Shown here piece by piece: positions 26,182 to 34,951 of a stretch of DNA of 64,000 nt. Source of the stretch: an uncultured Eubacteriales bacterium (GTDB lineage: Bacteria; Bacillota; Clostridia; Christensenellales; UBA1242). The DNA is taken from NCBI GenBank assembly GCA_948806215.1, contig CAQIDI010000002.1, positions 12,968-76,967 of the forward strand. Direction: 5' to 3'. Each line of letters begins with the position of its first letter. The stretch's first letter is position 1. Under the pieces are notes generated by a model. The model saw only the letters and a list, made by a program, of their open reading frames with translations. It was not told the origin of the DNA and did no database searches. The translations under genes were made by a program, and so were the position numbers.

Positions 26182-27567
26182 TTAATATTCACAATTTTTT
26201 GGTGTTCTAGGAAATAATAAAACATCTCTAATGTTACTAATTCCGGTTACATACATTAAAAATCTTTCAAATCCAAGCCCATAACCACTATGTTTAACCG
26301 AGCCGTATTTTCTAAGATTAACATACCACCAATAGTCTTTTTCTTTTAAACCGCATTCGGCAAGTTTAGTTTTTAAAACATCTAGCCTTTCTTCTCTTTC
26401 GCTTCCGCCAACCATTTCGCCAATGCCTGGAACTAAAAGGTCGCAAGCTCTAACTGTTTTTCCGTCATCGTTTAAACGCATATAGAACGCCTTTATTTGT
26501 TTAGGATAATCAGTTACAAACACTGGGCAGTTAAACACTTTTTCACACAAGAATTTTTCGTGTTCCGATTGCATATCGCAACCCCAGAAAGCTTTAAACT
26601 CAAATTTATCGTTGTTCTCTTCTAATATTTTAATAGCATCGGTATAAGTTAATCGTTTAAAATCGCTATTAACAACTTTATTTAATCTGTTTAATAAATC
26701 GTTATCAACAAATTGGTTAAAGAAGTTTAACTCATCGGCGCAATTAACCAATAAATCGTTAATTAAATATTTTACCATTTTTTCTATTAAATCCATAACA
26801 TCGTTTAACTCGCAAAATGCAACTTCGGGTTCTATCATCCAAAATTCGCTTGCGTGCCTTGTGGTGTTACTGTTTTCACTTCTAAAGGTTGGTCCAAAAG
26901 TGTAAATTTTAGAAAATGCTAAAGCTAAAGCTTCGCCTTCTAACTGTCCGGTTGGAGTAAGAAAAACTGGTTTTCCAAAAAAGTCGTTTTCTGGTGTTGC
27001 ATTTTCTAATGATTTTTTATCGTAAACTTTGTGAGTAGTTACTCTAAACACATCGGAACCACCTTCGCAATCTGCCCCAGTAATAATTGGAGTGTGAACA
27101 TAAACAAAACCATTTTCGTTAAAAAATTTGTGAATTGCATATGCCGCTTTACTTCTAACGCGGAACACCGAATTAAATAAATTTGTGCGTGGTCTTAAAT
27201 AAGCAATTTCACGCAAAAATTCAACACTATGACGCTTTTTTTGTAGTGGATATTCTGCATCGGTTTCGGATAGAACTTCCACTAAAGAAGCTTGAAGTTC
27301 AAACGGTTGTTTGTTGTTTGGTGTTAAAACAATTTTACCTTTAATTAAAACCGAACTTCCTGTGTTTAGTTTTGACACAACATCGTAATTAATTAAGTTG
27401 GCATTAACCACAACTTGAAGCGACTTAAAACAAGTTCCATCGGTTAAATCAATAAAAGCAAATGTTTTTAAATCTCTGGAACTTTTAACCCATCCACCAA
27501 CAGTTACTGTTCCGCTTATATAATCGTTAACATTATCGTATAATTTTTTAATATCTAACTTTTCCAT
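26182..27567 (-). CDS. asnS: asparaginyl-tRNA synthetase
   Basis: 461 aa, class IIb, with FRSENSNTTRHASEFWMIEPE and C-terminal GYGLGFERFLMY. It lies 15 nt downstream of the archaeal-type aspS. Confidence 0.9.
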   Translation of the reverse strand: MEKLDIKKLYDNVNDYISGTVTVGGWVKSSRDLKTFAFIDLTDGTCFKSLQVVVNANLINYDVVSKLNTGSSVLIKGKIVLTPNNKQPFELQASLVEVLSETDAEYPLQKKRHSVEFLREIAYLRPRTNLFNSVFRVRSKAAYAIHKFFNENGFVYVHTPIITGADCEGGSDVFRVTTHKVYDKKSLENATPENDFFGKPVFLTPTGQLEGEALALAFSKIYTFGPTFRSENSNTTRHASEFWMIEPEVAFCELNDVMDLIEKMVKYLINDLLVNCADELNFFNQFVDNDLLNRLNKVVNSDFKRLTYTDAIKILEENNDKFEFKAFWGCDMQSEHEKFLCEKVFNCPVFVTDYPKQIKAFYMRLNDDGKTVRACDLLVPGIGEMVGGSEREERLDVLKTKLAECGLKEKDYWWYVNLRKYGSVKHSGYGLGFERFLMYVTGISNIRDVLLFPRTPKNCEY

Positions 27568-27582
27568 TCTTACTCCTTAAAA

Positions 27583-28869
27583 CTATGGATTAATTCTATT
27601 TGGTCCACGGAAAATAAATTCTGCTTCTTTAATGCTTTGAATATTTAACATTAACATAATAATTCTATCTAGTCCCAAGCCAAAACCACCGTGTGGAGGG
27701 CAACCATATTTAAAGAACTCTAAATAAAATTTAACATCTTCGCCCAAACCTTTTTCTTCGGCTTGTTGCTTTAAAATTTCATATCTGTGTTCACGCTGAG
27801 CACCAGTTGTTATTTCAACCCCTCTCCAAATTAAATCGTAACCTTGAGGCACTCCGTTTTTTCGCATATGATAGAATGCGCGTTTATCCTTTGGATAATC
27901 GGTTATAAACATAAATTCGTGGTTAAACTTATCCTTAGCTAGTTTATAAACTAATTTTTCGGCTTCGGTTGATAAATCTAATTTATCTTCGTCGGTTGGC
28001 TTATAGCCATATTTTACAATTTCAGAATAAACATCGGCTAATTTCATTCTTGGAAAAGGTTTTGTAGGAATAATAACTTGTGTTCCAAAAACTTGTTCAA
28101 TAATTTCGCCATACTCTTGTTTAACTTTTGTTAACGCGTAAATTAACAAATCTTCTTCCAAACTAATAACATCTTCAAACGATTCGATATAACTAAATTC
28201 AATATCAAAACCGGAAAATTCGGTTGCGTGCCTATTGGTGTAACTTTGTTCTGCTCTAAACACAGGACCACTTTCAAAAATTCGTTCAAAACCTGCAGCC
28301 ATTGCCATTTGTTTATAAAATTGTGGGCTTTGAGCAAGATATGCTTTTTTATCAAAATATTTAACTTCAAAAACATCCGAACCGCTTTCGCTAGCTGTTC
28401 CAATTAGTTTTGGTGTGTGGATTTCGATAAATTTATTATTTAACAAAAATTCTCTTAAGGCATTTGTAAAACAACTTTGAATTTTAAAAATAAGAATATT
28501 TCTTTCACTTCTTAAATCAATCCAACGATAGTCTAGGCGGTTATCAATGTTAGCATTATCCATAATTGGTAATGCTTCGGCGTGAGAAGTTACTTCCACT
28601 TTTGTTGGAATAAACTCTACTCCCCCCATTTTAACATATTCACTAATAACACTTTTACCAGTAACGCTTACAACACTATTTGCAATTGTACCTTTTAATG
28701 CTTCAACAATTTCTGGCATTTTTTCTTTTTCGATGGTTACTTGAATTTTTCCGCTAATATCTCTAACAACCAAAAAAATCATATATTTAGAATCTCTAAA
28801 TTTTTCAACCCACCCCATTATTTTACTTTCTTTTTCTGGAACTAATTCGTTAATATAAGTTCTTTGCAT
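27583..28869 (-). CDS. aspS: aspartyl-tRNA synthetase, short archaeal/eukaryal type
   Basis: 428 aa with no bacterial insertion domain. Motifs are AQSPQFYKQ, FRAEQSYTNRHATEF, GAQREH and GFGLGLDRIIML. Confidence 0.85.
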   Translation of the reverse strand: MQRTYINELVPEKESKIMGWVEKFRDSKYMIFLVVRDISGKIQVTIEKEKMPEIVEALKGTIANSVVSVTGKSVISEYVKMGGVEFIPTKVEVTSHAEALPIMDNANIDNRLDYRWIDLRSERNILIFKIQSCFTNALREFLLNNKFIEIHTPKLIGTASESGSDVFEVKYFDKKAYLAQSPQFYKQMAMAAGFERIFESGPVFRAEQSYTNRHATEFSGFDIEFSYIESFEDVISLEEDLLIYALTKVKQEYGEIIEQVFGTQVIIPTKPFPRMKLADVYSEIVKYGYKPTDEDKLDLSTEAEKLVYKLAKDKFNHEFMFITDYPKDKRAFYHMRKNGVPQGYDLIWRGVEITTGAQREHRYEILKQQAEEKGLGEDVKFYLEFFKYGCPPHGGFGLGLDRIIMLMLNIQSIKEAEFIFRGPNRINP

Positions 28870-28893
28870 AATTTATCTCCTTTAATTAATATT

Positions 28894-28921
28894 AAAAAAA
28901 CCCTTAAAAAAATTTAAGGGT
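28894..28921 (-). terminator. intrinsic terminator (attenuator) between the leader ORF and the aspS2-asnS operon
   Basis: Minus strand ACCCTTAAA-tttt-TTTAAGGGT followed by TTTTTT. It is located 13 nt before the SD (AAAGGAG) of aspS2. Confidence 0.7.
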
Positions 28922-28983
28922 AAATTTATTTAATTACTTAAATTGCTTTGGAACTAAAAAAGCCTACCCAATTATATGTGTAA

Positions 28984-29028
28984 TTAAAAGTTATTATCGC
29001 AATCATCAACTTTAATAATCTTTTTCAT
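28984..29028 (-). CDS. putative leader peptide MKKIIKVDDCDNNF (three Asp and two Asn codons in the last seven)
   Basis: ATG is 7 nt after AGGA, downstream of the promoter at 29050-29079 and upstream of the terminator at 28894-28921. Not in the ORF track because it is short. Confidence 0.5.
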   Translation of the reverse strand: MKKIIKVDDCDNNF

Positions 29029-29049
29029 ATTTTGTTCCTAACACTTGTA

Positions 29050-29079
29050 ATTCTAGCACTTTAATTATTTAGCAGTCAA
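29050..29079 (-). promoter_or_regulatory. promoter of the aspS2-asnS leader
   Basis: Minus strand TTGACT (29079-29074), an 18-nt spacer, then TAGAAT (29055-29050). Confidence 0.55.
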
Positions 29080-29120
29080 CAATTAACCACTAATTTATTT
29101 TAGTTTGTTGTGTTGTTTTT

Positions 29121-30020
29121 TTATTTACGCGCATTGTTTAAAAAGTTTCCCGAAACCGAAGATTTACTTTGTAAGTGCGCATCTTGTTCTGGAGTTAAAC
29201 TAAAATTGCATTTTTTAATAGCATTATAAATTCTATTATGAATAACATCCATATTTTTAAAAATTATTTTTTGCTGATTAGCATTCATACAATTAGTAAA
29301 TGCAGTAAAATCGGCAAATGCCGAATAAATTTTTTTGGCAACATCAAAATCGCTAACATTAACTGGTTCTTCTATTTTTTTGTTAACAGCTAAATCAACA
29401 AACGAAAATCCATTGTTTTTATCAAATAAAAAGTTTTCCGAACGAGAATCGTCAATACTAACACCTTGTTGCATTAAAATTTTAAAATCTCTAACAAACT
29501 TAATATATAGTGCGGTGTCGCAATCCTTTAACATTCTTTGCATTTGCGAATTATATCTAAACATCGCGTTTCCAATATCGTTTTTTTCGAAGTACTCAAT
29601 TTTCCCTTCACGCTCTAATTCAGAACTAGTGTGAGAATCATCCAAAACGCCTTTGCCATAAGTTATTGCTCTGGCTGTTGAAGGATAATAAATGCTAAGA
29701 GCATTACCCGGAGCACGCTCTTGAAGTTCATAAAAATGATGCTTTCCACTAAAGCACGCACACAACCTTGGGGTGTTAATTTTATAGGCTTCAATTAAAT
29801 TATCTAACACTTCTTTTTTTAATTTATATTGTTCTTCACGGTAATCAGTCATAGTTTCATATTTATCAATATTTTTTAAAACAACATAATTACCATAATA
29901 ATAACAATAAGAATATGTACCTTTAACATCGGGTGCTTTTTTACGCCTAATTTCTGGCACGCAAGTATTAAATAAATAATGGTAAGATTTCATTTCGTCT
30001 AATAATCTTATTTTACCCAT
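29121..30020 (-). CDS. protein-kinase-like fold protein (uncharacterised family), paralog 2
   Basis: 299 aa with VVLK, FYELQERAPG, DDSRSEN (D-x4-N) and FVDLA. It aligns along its length with 20442..21377. Confidence 0.55.
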   Translation of the reverse strand: MGKIRLLDEMKSYHYLFNTCVPEIRRKKAPDVKGTYSYCYYYGNYVVLKNIDKYETMTDYREEQYKLKKEVLDNLIEAYKINTPRLCACFSGKHHFYELQERAPGNALSIYYPSTARAITYGKGVLDDSHTSSELEREGKIEYFEKNDIGNAMFRYNSQMQRMLKDCDTALYIKFVRDFKILMQQGVSIDDSRSENFLFDKNNGFSFVDLAVNKKIEEPVNVSDFDVAKKIYSAFADFTAFTNCMNANQQKIIFKNMDVIHNRIYNAIKKCNFSLTPEQDAHLQSKSSVSGNFLNNARK

Positions 30021-30148
30021 AACACTCTCCTTAAAATTAGAATATCATATTTTAACCTTTATTTCAACACCTCTTAAATTTTAATTTTAAAAGCAATATG
30101 TTTGACTAATAATTAAAAATGTTTTTTAATAACCTTGGAGATTAAATT

Positions 30149-30856
30149 ATGGATTATAGTAAATATATTGTAAAAATAAAATTATTTAATAGTTATTTTG
30201 ATTGTAACGATAAAATAAAACCCACAGCTATTTTTAATTTATTTCAAGATGTTGCTTGTGTTAATGGCGAACAACTAGGCGTTGGCTTTGAAGCAATGCT
30301 AAGCAAAAATTTATATTGGGTGCTATCACGAGTTAAATACGATATTATTATTGCACCAAAAGTTGATGAAGAAGTTTTTGTTGAAACTTGGCCTTGCGAA
30401 AAAGGGAAAATTGATTTTGATCGTGACTTTTTAATTAAAAACCTTAATGGCGAAGTTTTAATTATGGGAACCAGCAAATGGTGTGTTATTTCTTCGGTTA
30501 CTAGAACCTTAGAACGCACCGATAATGTTAACTACAACTGCACTTGCTTGCAAACAAGAAACTACACCGAAAAATTTGTTAAAACCGAAGCTGTTGAAAT
30601 TAAAGATAAAGCCGATTTTGTTCACACTGTTACATTTAGCGAAATCGACCATAACCAACACTTAAATAATGTTAACTATGCAACCTATGTAACAAATACT
30701 CTTGCCGATTATTATTTTAATCACCTGCAAGTAAATTTTATTTCGGAATGTAAATTAGGCGACGAAATTAAAGTGTTTAAAAAACAAACCGATAATGGTT
30801 ACTTAATTTCAGGTTATGTTAACGAAACATTAAAATTTAGTGCGTTTGCTAAATAA
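30149..30856 (+). CDS. acyl-ACP thioesterase
   Basis: 235 aa with a double hot-dog pattern, including YWVLSR, ETWP, RDFLI and a second-half DHNQHLNNVNY. Confidence 0.8.
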   Translation: MDYSKYIVKIKLFNSYFDCNDKIKPTAIFNLFQDVACVNGEQLGVGFEAMLSKNLYWVLSRVKYDIIIAPKVDEEVFVETWPCEKGKIDFDRDFLIKNLNGEVLIMGTSKWCVISSVTRTLERTDNVNYNCTCLQTRNYTEKFVKTEAVEIKDKADFVHTVTFSEIDHNQHLNNVNYATYVTNTLADYYFNHLQVNFISECKLGDEIKVFKKQTDNGYLISGYVNETLKFSAFAK

Positions 30857-30894
30857 AAATGTTTTTTAATTTTGAAAGCATTAATTAATTTAAT

Positions 30895-30927
30895 AGTAAG
30901 TGCAATTAATAGGCACTTACTATTTTT
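30895..30927 (+). terminator. intrinsic terminator after the thioesterase gene
   Basis: AGTAAGTGC-loop-GCACTTACT (9 bp), then ATTTTT. Confidence 0.75.
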
Positions 30928-30996
30928 AATTATTATTGCTTTATGGTGCAAATTAACCATATTTGTTGCAATAGGGACGCACCAATTATAATTTAA

Positions 30997-31026
30997 TTGA
31001 CAGCATTAACAAATTTTTTGCATAAT
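30997..31026 (+). promoter_or_regulatory. promoter of GT2 paralog 3
   Basis: TTGACA (30997-31002), an 18-nt spacer, then CATAAT (31021-31026). It is overlapped by the inverted repeat TTTTTGCA-N9-TGCAAAAA. Confidence 0.5.
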
Positions 31027-31103
31027 TGAAATGCAAAAATTTTTAACCTAAAATTAAAATGACTATTATATAATAGTTATGTAAATAATTAAATGAGGAA
31101 ATT

Positions 31104-32411
31104 ATGTATTTTAAAGTTTTAGATATTGGCAACTGGATTATGATTGGTTTAGTTTGCCTTTCGGTTTTAGTTTTAATATATAAGATATTTTATCATATTT
31201 ATGCTCTAATGCCGGCAAAGCGTTTTCCACAAGCAAAATTTAATCATCGCTATGCCATATTAGTTCCTGCCAGAAACGAAAGTAAGGTTATTGATAACTT
31301 GTTAAAAAGTTTTAGCGAAACCGATTACCCTAAAGAACTTTATGATATTTATGTTGTTGTTGAAGATAAAAACGACCCCACAGTGGAAATTTGCAAAAAC
31401 TATGAAAATGTTTATTCGTTTGTTCGCCCTGATTTAGAAGTTAAAAGTAAAGGTGGTGCTTTAGACCACATTTTAAAACACTTAATAAATTCTGGAATAG
31501 CCAAACAAAAAAACTACGAAGCATATTTTATTTTTGATGCAGATAACACTGTTACTAAAAATTATTTGTTAGAAATGAATAAGGCTTTTGATGCAGGCTT
31601 TGAACTAGCACTTAGCTACAGAAATTCGAAAAACTGGAATAATGGTTGGGTGGCAAGTTGCAGTGCATTAACATTTAGTATGCTAAACACCTTTCAAAAT
31701 AAATGCCGTGCAAGGTTTACTCAAAATGTTTTAGTTTCTGGAACAGGTTTTTATGTTTCAGCAAGAATAATAAATAACCTTGGTGGTTGGCCATTTCAAT
31801 GCTTAACCGAGGATGCCGAAATTAGTAACTATGCAGTTTTAAACGGAATTAAAGCAACCTATAACGAATATGCCGAACATTATGACGAACAACCTGTAAC
31901 CTTAAAAGTTAGTTGGAACCAACGAATTAGATGGATTAAAGGATATATGCAAGTTGGAAAGAAATATCATAAAAAACTGTTGAAAAGTGCATTGTACTCT
32001 AAAGAAAATCGTTTTGCAAAAGTTGAGTTTGCAATAAACATTATACCAGTGGCTATTCCACTTGCTTCGGTTATAATTTATTCGCTATTTGCTTTAGTAA
32101 TGGGTTTTGTTGGTTTAAGTTTGCACGTTCCTATTTGGCAATGGCAAATGGCTTTTATAAATTTTGCAGCAAGCATTTTGGGAATTTATTTCTTCTTTTT
32201 CTTTTATACTGTTGCAATGTTACTTGCCGAGCGTGAACACATTTCTATAACTTTTTGGAATGCATTAAAAACTTGCATTATGAATCCATTTTTTATGGGA
32301 TTATATTTGCCGATTTATATTGTTGCATTATTTAAAAAAGAAGTTAAATGGAAGCCAATAGAACACACTGGCAAAGATGTTACTAATAATAAAGAAAAAA
32401 CACCAAACTAA
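31104..32411 (+). CDS. membrane-embedded processive family-2 glycosyltransferase, paralog 3
   Basis: 435 aa with FDADN, LTEDAEI and QRIRWIKG, an N-terminal TM and C-terminal multi-TM. Confidence 0.85.
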   Translation: MYFKVLDIGNWIMIGLVCLSVLVLIYKIFYHIYALMPAKRFPQAKFNHRYAILVPARNESKVIDNLLKSFSETDYPKELYDIYVVVEDKNDPTVEICKNYENVYSFVRPDLEVKSKGGALDHILKHLINSGIAKQKNYEAYFIFDADNTVTKNYLLEMNKAFDAGFELALSYRNSKNWNNGWVASCSALTFSMLNTFQNKCRARFTQNVLVSGTGFYVSARIINNLGGWPFQCLTEDAEISNYAVLNGIKATYNEYAEHYDEQPVTLKVSWNQRIRWIKGYMQVGKKYHKKLLKSALYSKENRFAKVEFAINIIPVAIPLASVIIYSLFALVMGFVGLSLHVPIWQWQMAFINFAASILGIYFFFFFYTVAMLLAEREHISITFWNALKTCIMNPFFMGLYLPIYIVALFKKEVKWKPIEHTGKDVTNNKEKTPN

Positions 32412-32426
32412 TTTGGTGTTTTTTTA
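32395..32426. terminator. bidirectional terminator overlapping the GT2 paralog 3 stop codon
   Basis: An A-run, then CACCAAA-ctaa-TTTGGTG, then a T7 run. Confidence 0.8.
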
Positions 32427-32466
32427 TACCTTTAAATATTTAACCAATTACATTAAGCATTTTAAA

Positions 32467-33729
32467 TTACATATGTTTTGTTCTAAATTCTTCCAGTGCT
32501 AAATGACCAACTTCTTTTTTGCTTTTATCCATATCATAAACCGATGGCATATAAATAATGCTATCTGGGCTAACTACTGGCTTACTTACAATAACTTTTC
32601 CGCTTTTTAAAACACGCTTGTTGCAAACATATTTTAAACCCATTTTTTTCTGATTATATTCAATAGCAGTTTTTTCGTTTATCTCACGAAGCAAATTTAA
32701 TTTATCTGCCGCATTGGTTTGAGTTAACCTAGTAGAACTTCTAATCGGATTATATGTAAAACCATTTTCTCTTAAGTATTCTGGCAAAAACATATTCTTT
32801 TTTAACCCTTGAAGCAAAAGTGTTTTAGTTAATGGGTCTTTATGGTCTAGTTTATCAATAACTTTAGTAGGATGCAATGCTTCTAGTTTTGCAAACATAT
32901 ACTTTTCGTTTACTGGTTTAAATGGTTTATAAACTCCTTTATAACTAAAACCTAAAGCGTTAAATGTTTCTTCAATACTTACCAAACTTCCTTCTGGGAA
33001 ATACATTCTAAGGTGCTTTACCTTTTGATATAATTCAGGATAACTATTTCTAAGCCCCGATGCATCGTTGTTACCTTTTAAAGCAATAACCAATTCTTTC
33101 TTTAAATTTTTTATGTAATTATCAACCGGCAAAACAGCTTTTGAAAAATAGCAATCCGAAAATAGTGTTACATATTCCGTTGGCGAACAACCAAAGGTTG
33201 CAGCTTTGCTTCTAATAGTGTTATAATCTCTGGTTTCTCTAATAGAATCAAGGCATCCGTTTTCATCGGCATATTTTTCCACCAAATCATAAAGCTCGGC
33301 AAAATCTGATTGATAAAAACCTTTAAGACTCATTATTTCGTCGTAACTAATTTTTATGCCTTTTGCTTTTTCTTTTTCAATAAACTTTTTAATTGTGTGA
33401 TAAAATGGATATTCTTTAACTTTTTTATCCATTTTTCCGCCAGCTAAAATATATGCATCAATTTCTTCAAAACAACGAAGAATATTAAGTTCTCGATGTT
33501 TAACAACTGGTGTGTAACCAAGACTTATTAAAACATTATCCTTACTAAACTCCATTTTACAAATTGGGTCGTCAGGATTTGTTTCTAACATTTTGCGTTT
33601 TTTCTTGTTCATATTAGAAACATAAGTTTTAATTGGTTTATCAAATGGCAAATTTGGATCAGATAAACTACCACCTTTAGCTAAGTACGCTTTTATTAAT
33701 TTATCAATTTCAACTAATCTACTATCCAT
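32467..33729 (-). CDS. hypothetical protein built from repeated helical modules
   Basis: 420-aa ORF with no motif I recognise. It has repeated elements (EIDKLIKAYLAKGG / EEIDAYILAGG) and recurring L(G/K)(F/Y) ends. Confidence 0.6.
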   Translation of the reverse strand: MDSRLVEIDKLIKAYLAKGGSLSDPNLPFDKPIKTYVSNMNKKKRKMLETNPDDPICKMEFSKDNVLISLGYTPVVKHRELNILRCFEEIDAYILAGGKMDKKVKEYPFYHTIKKFIEKEKAKGIKISYDEIMSLKGFYQSDFAELYDLVEKYADENGCLDSIRETRDYNTIRSKAATFGCSPTEYVTLFSDCYFSKAVLPVDNYIKNLKKELVIALKGNNDASGLRNSYPELYQKVKHLRMYFPEGSLVSIEETFNALGFSYKGVYKPFKPVNEKYMFAKLEALHPTKVIDKLDHKDPLTKTLLLQGLKKNMFLPEYLRENGFTYNPIRSSTRLTQTNAADKLNLLREINEKTAIEYNQKKMGLKYVCNKRVLKSGKVIVSKPVVSPDSIIYMPSVYDMDKSKKEVGHLALEEFRTKHM

Positions 33730-33809
33730 AATATTTCCTTTAAATTATTACCAATACATTTTAAATCACAAACGGCATTATGTCAATACACAAAAAATTA
33801 ATATATATT

Positions 33810-33834
33810 AAAAAATAAAGGCGTTAACCTTTAT
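33810..33834 (-). terminator. intrinsic terminator after tsaD
   Basis: ATAAAGG-loop-CCTTTAT, then a U-run on the minus strand. Confidence 0.65.
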
Positions 33835-33853
33835 TAGTTTTATTTATTAATGT

Positions 33854-34942
33854 TTAAAATAATTTTTTAATTTCATATTTTAAATTTAAGTTAGGTGTTG
33901 CAGTTAAGCTTAGATCGCTTAACCCACAACCAGAAATTAAATTGTTATAACCCTCGCAAGCTATCATTGCTGCATTATCGGTGCACAAAATTAATGGTGG
34001 AAATTTAACATCTATTTCATTTAATTTTCCGGCGTTAATTAGTTCTTGGCGCAAGTAACTATTAGCCGCAACCCCACCTGCAACAGCTAGAGTTTTTAGT
34101 TTAAATTTTTTGCAGGCCTTAATGCTTTTATCCACTAAAGCTTTAACCGCTTCTGCCTGAAACGAAGCACAAACATCGGCAACATTTGGTTGAATATTAT
34201 GTTGTTTTAAATTGTGCAAATAATTAATAACAGCAGTTTTTAAACCAGAATAACTAAAGTTAAAACTATTTTTAAGTATATCTTTTTTGACAAAAACTAT
34301 ATTATTCTGTCCTAGTTTTGCTGTTTTATCAACAATTGGTCCACCTGGATAGCCTAAACCCAAAACCTTAGAAACTTTATCGTAAGCCTCGCCAACTGCA
34401 TCGTCAATAGTTGAACCAATTAAGGTGTTAGTAACATAATCTTCAACCTTAACAATAGCAGTGTGTCCACCCGAAACAACTAAACTTATAAACGGTGGTT
34501 TAAGTTCGGGACAAGCTAAATAGTTTGCACTAATATGACCTTTAATGTGATTAACTTTTATTAGTGGAATATTAAGTGCATATGCAAGCGATTTTGCAAA
34601 GTTAACCCCAACCATTAGTGCCCCCATTAAACCTGCACCATAGGTTACTGCTATTGCATTAATTTTATCTAAAGTAACATTTGCTTTTTTTAAGCTTTCT
34701 TCTAAAACATTATTAATGCACATTAAATGATTTCGGCTAGCAACTTCTGGCACAACCCCACCAAATCTTGCGTGAATATCTATTTGGCTGGCAATAACAT
34801 TACTTAAAACTTCGCGGCCATTTTTAACAACAGCAATACTAGTTTCGTCGCAACTGCTTTCTATGCCTAAAACATAAATATCTTGACTTTTATAGTTTGC
34901 ATATAGATTATTAAATTTTTCTTTTGCAATTTGATAATACAT
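33854..34942 (-). CDS. tsaD: tRNA N6-adenosine threonylcarbamoyltransferase TsaD
   Basis: 362 aa, Kae1/TsaD family, with GIESSCDETS, NHIKGHI and VSGGHT. Confidence 0.93.
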   Translation of the reverse strand: MYYQIAKEKFNNLYANYKSQDIYVLGIESSCDETSIAVVKNGREVLSNVIASQIDIHARFGGVVPEVASRNHLMCINNVLEESLKKANVTLDKINAIAVTYGAGLMGALMVGVNFAKSLAYALNIPLIKVNHIKGHISANYLACPELKPPFISLVVSGGHTAIVKVEDYVTNTLIGSTIDDAVGEAYDKVSKVLGLGYPGGPIVDKTAKLGQNNIVFVKKDILKNSFNFSYSGLKTAVINYLHNLKQHNIQPNVADVCASFQAEAVKALVDKSIKACKKFKLKTLAVAGGVAANSYLRQELINAGKLNEIDVKFPPLILCTDNAAMIACEGYNNLISGCGLSDLSLTATPNLNLKYEIKKLF

Positions 34943-34951
34943 AAGTTTTGT

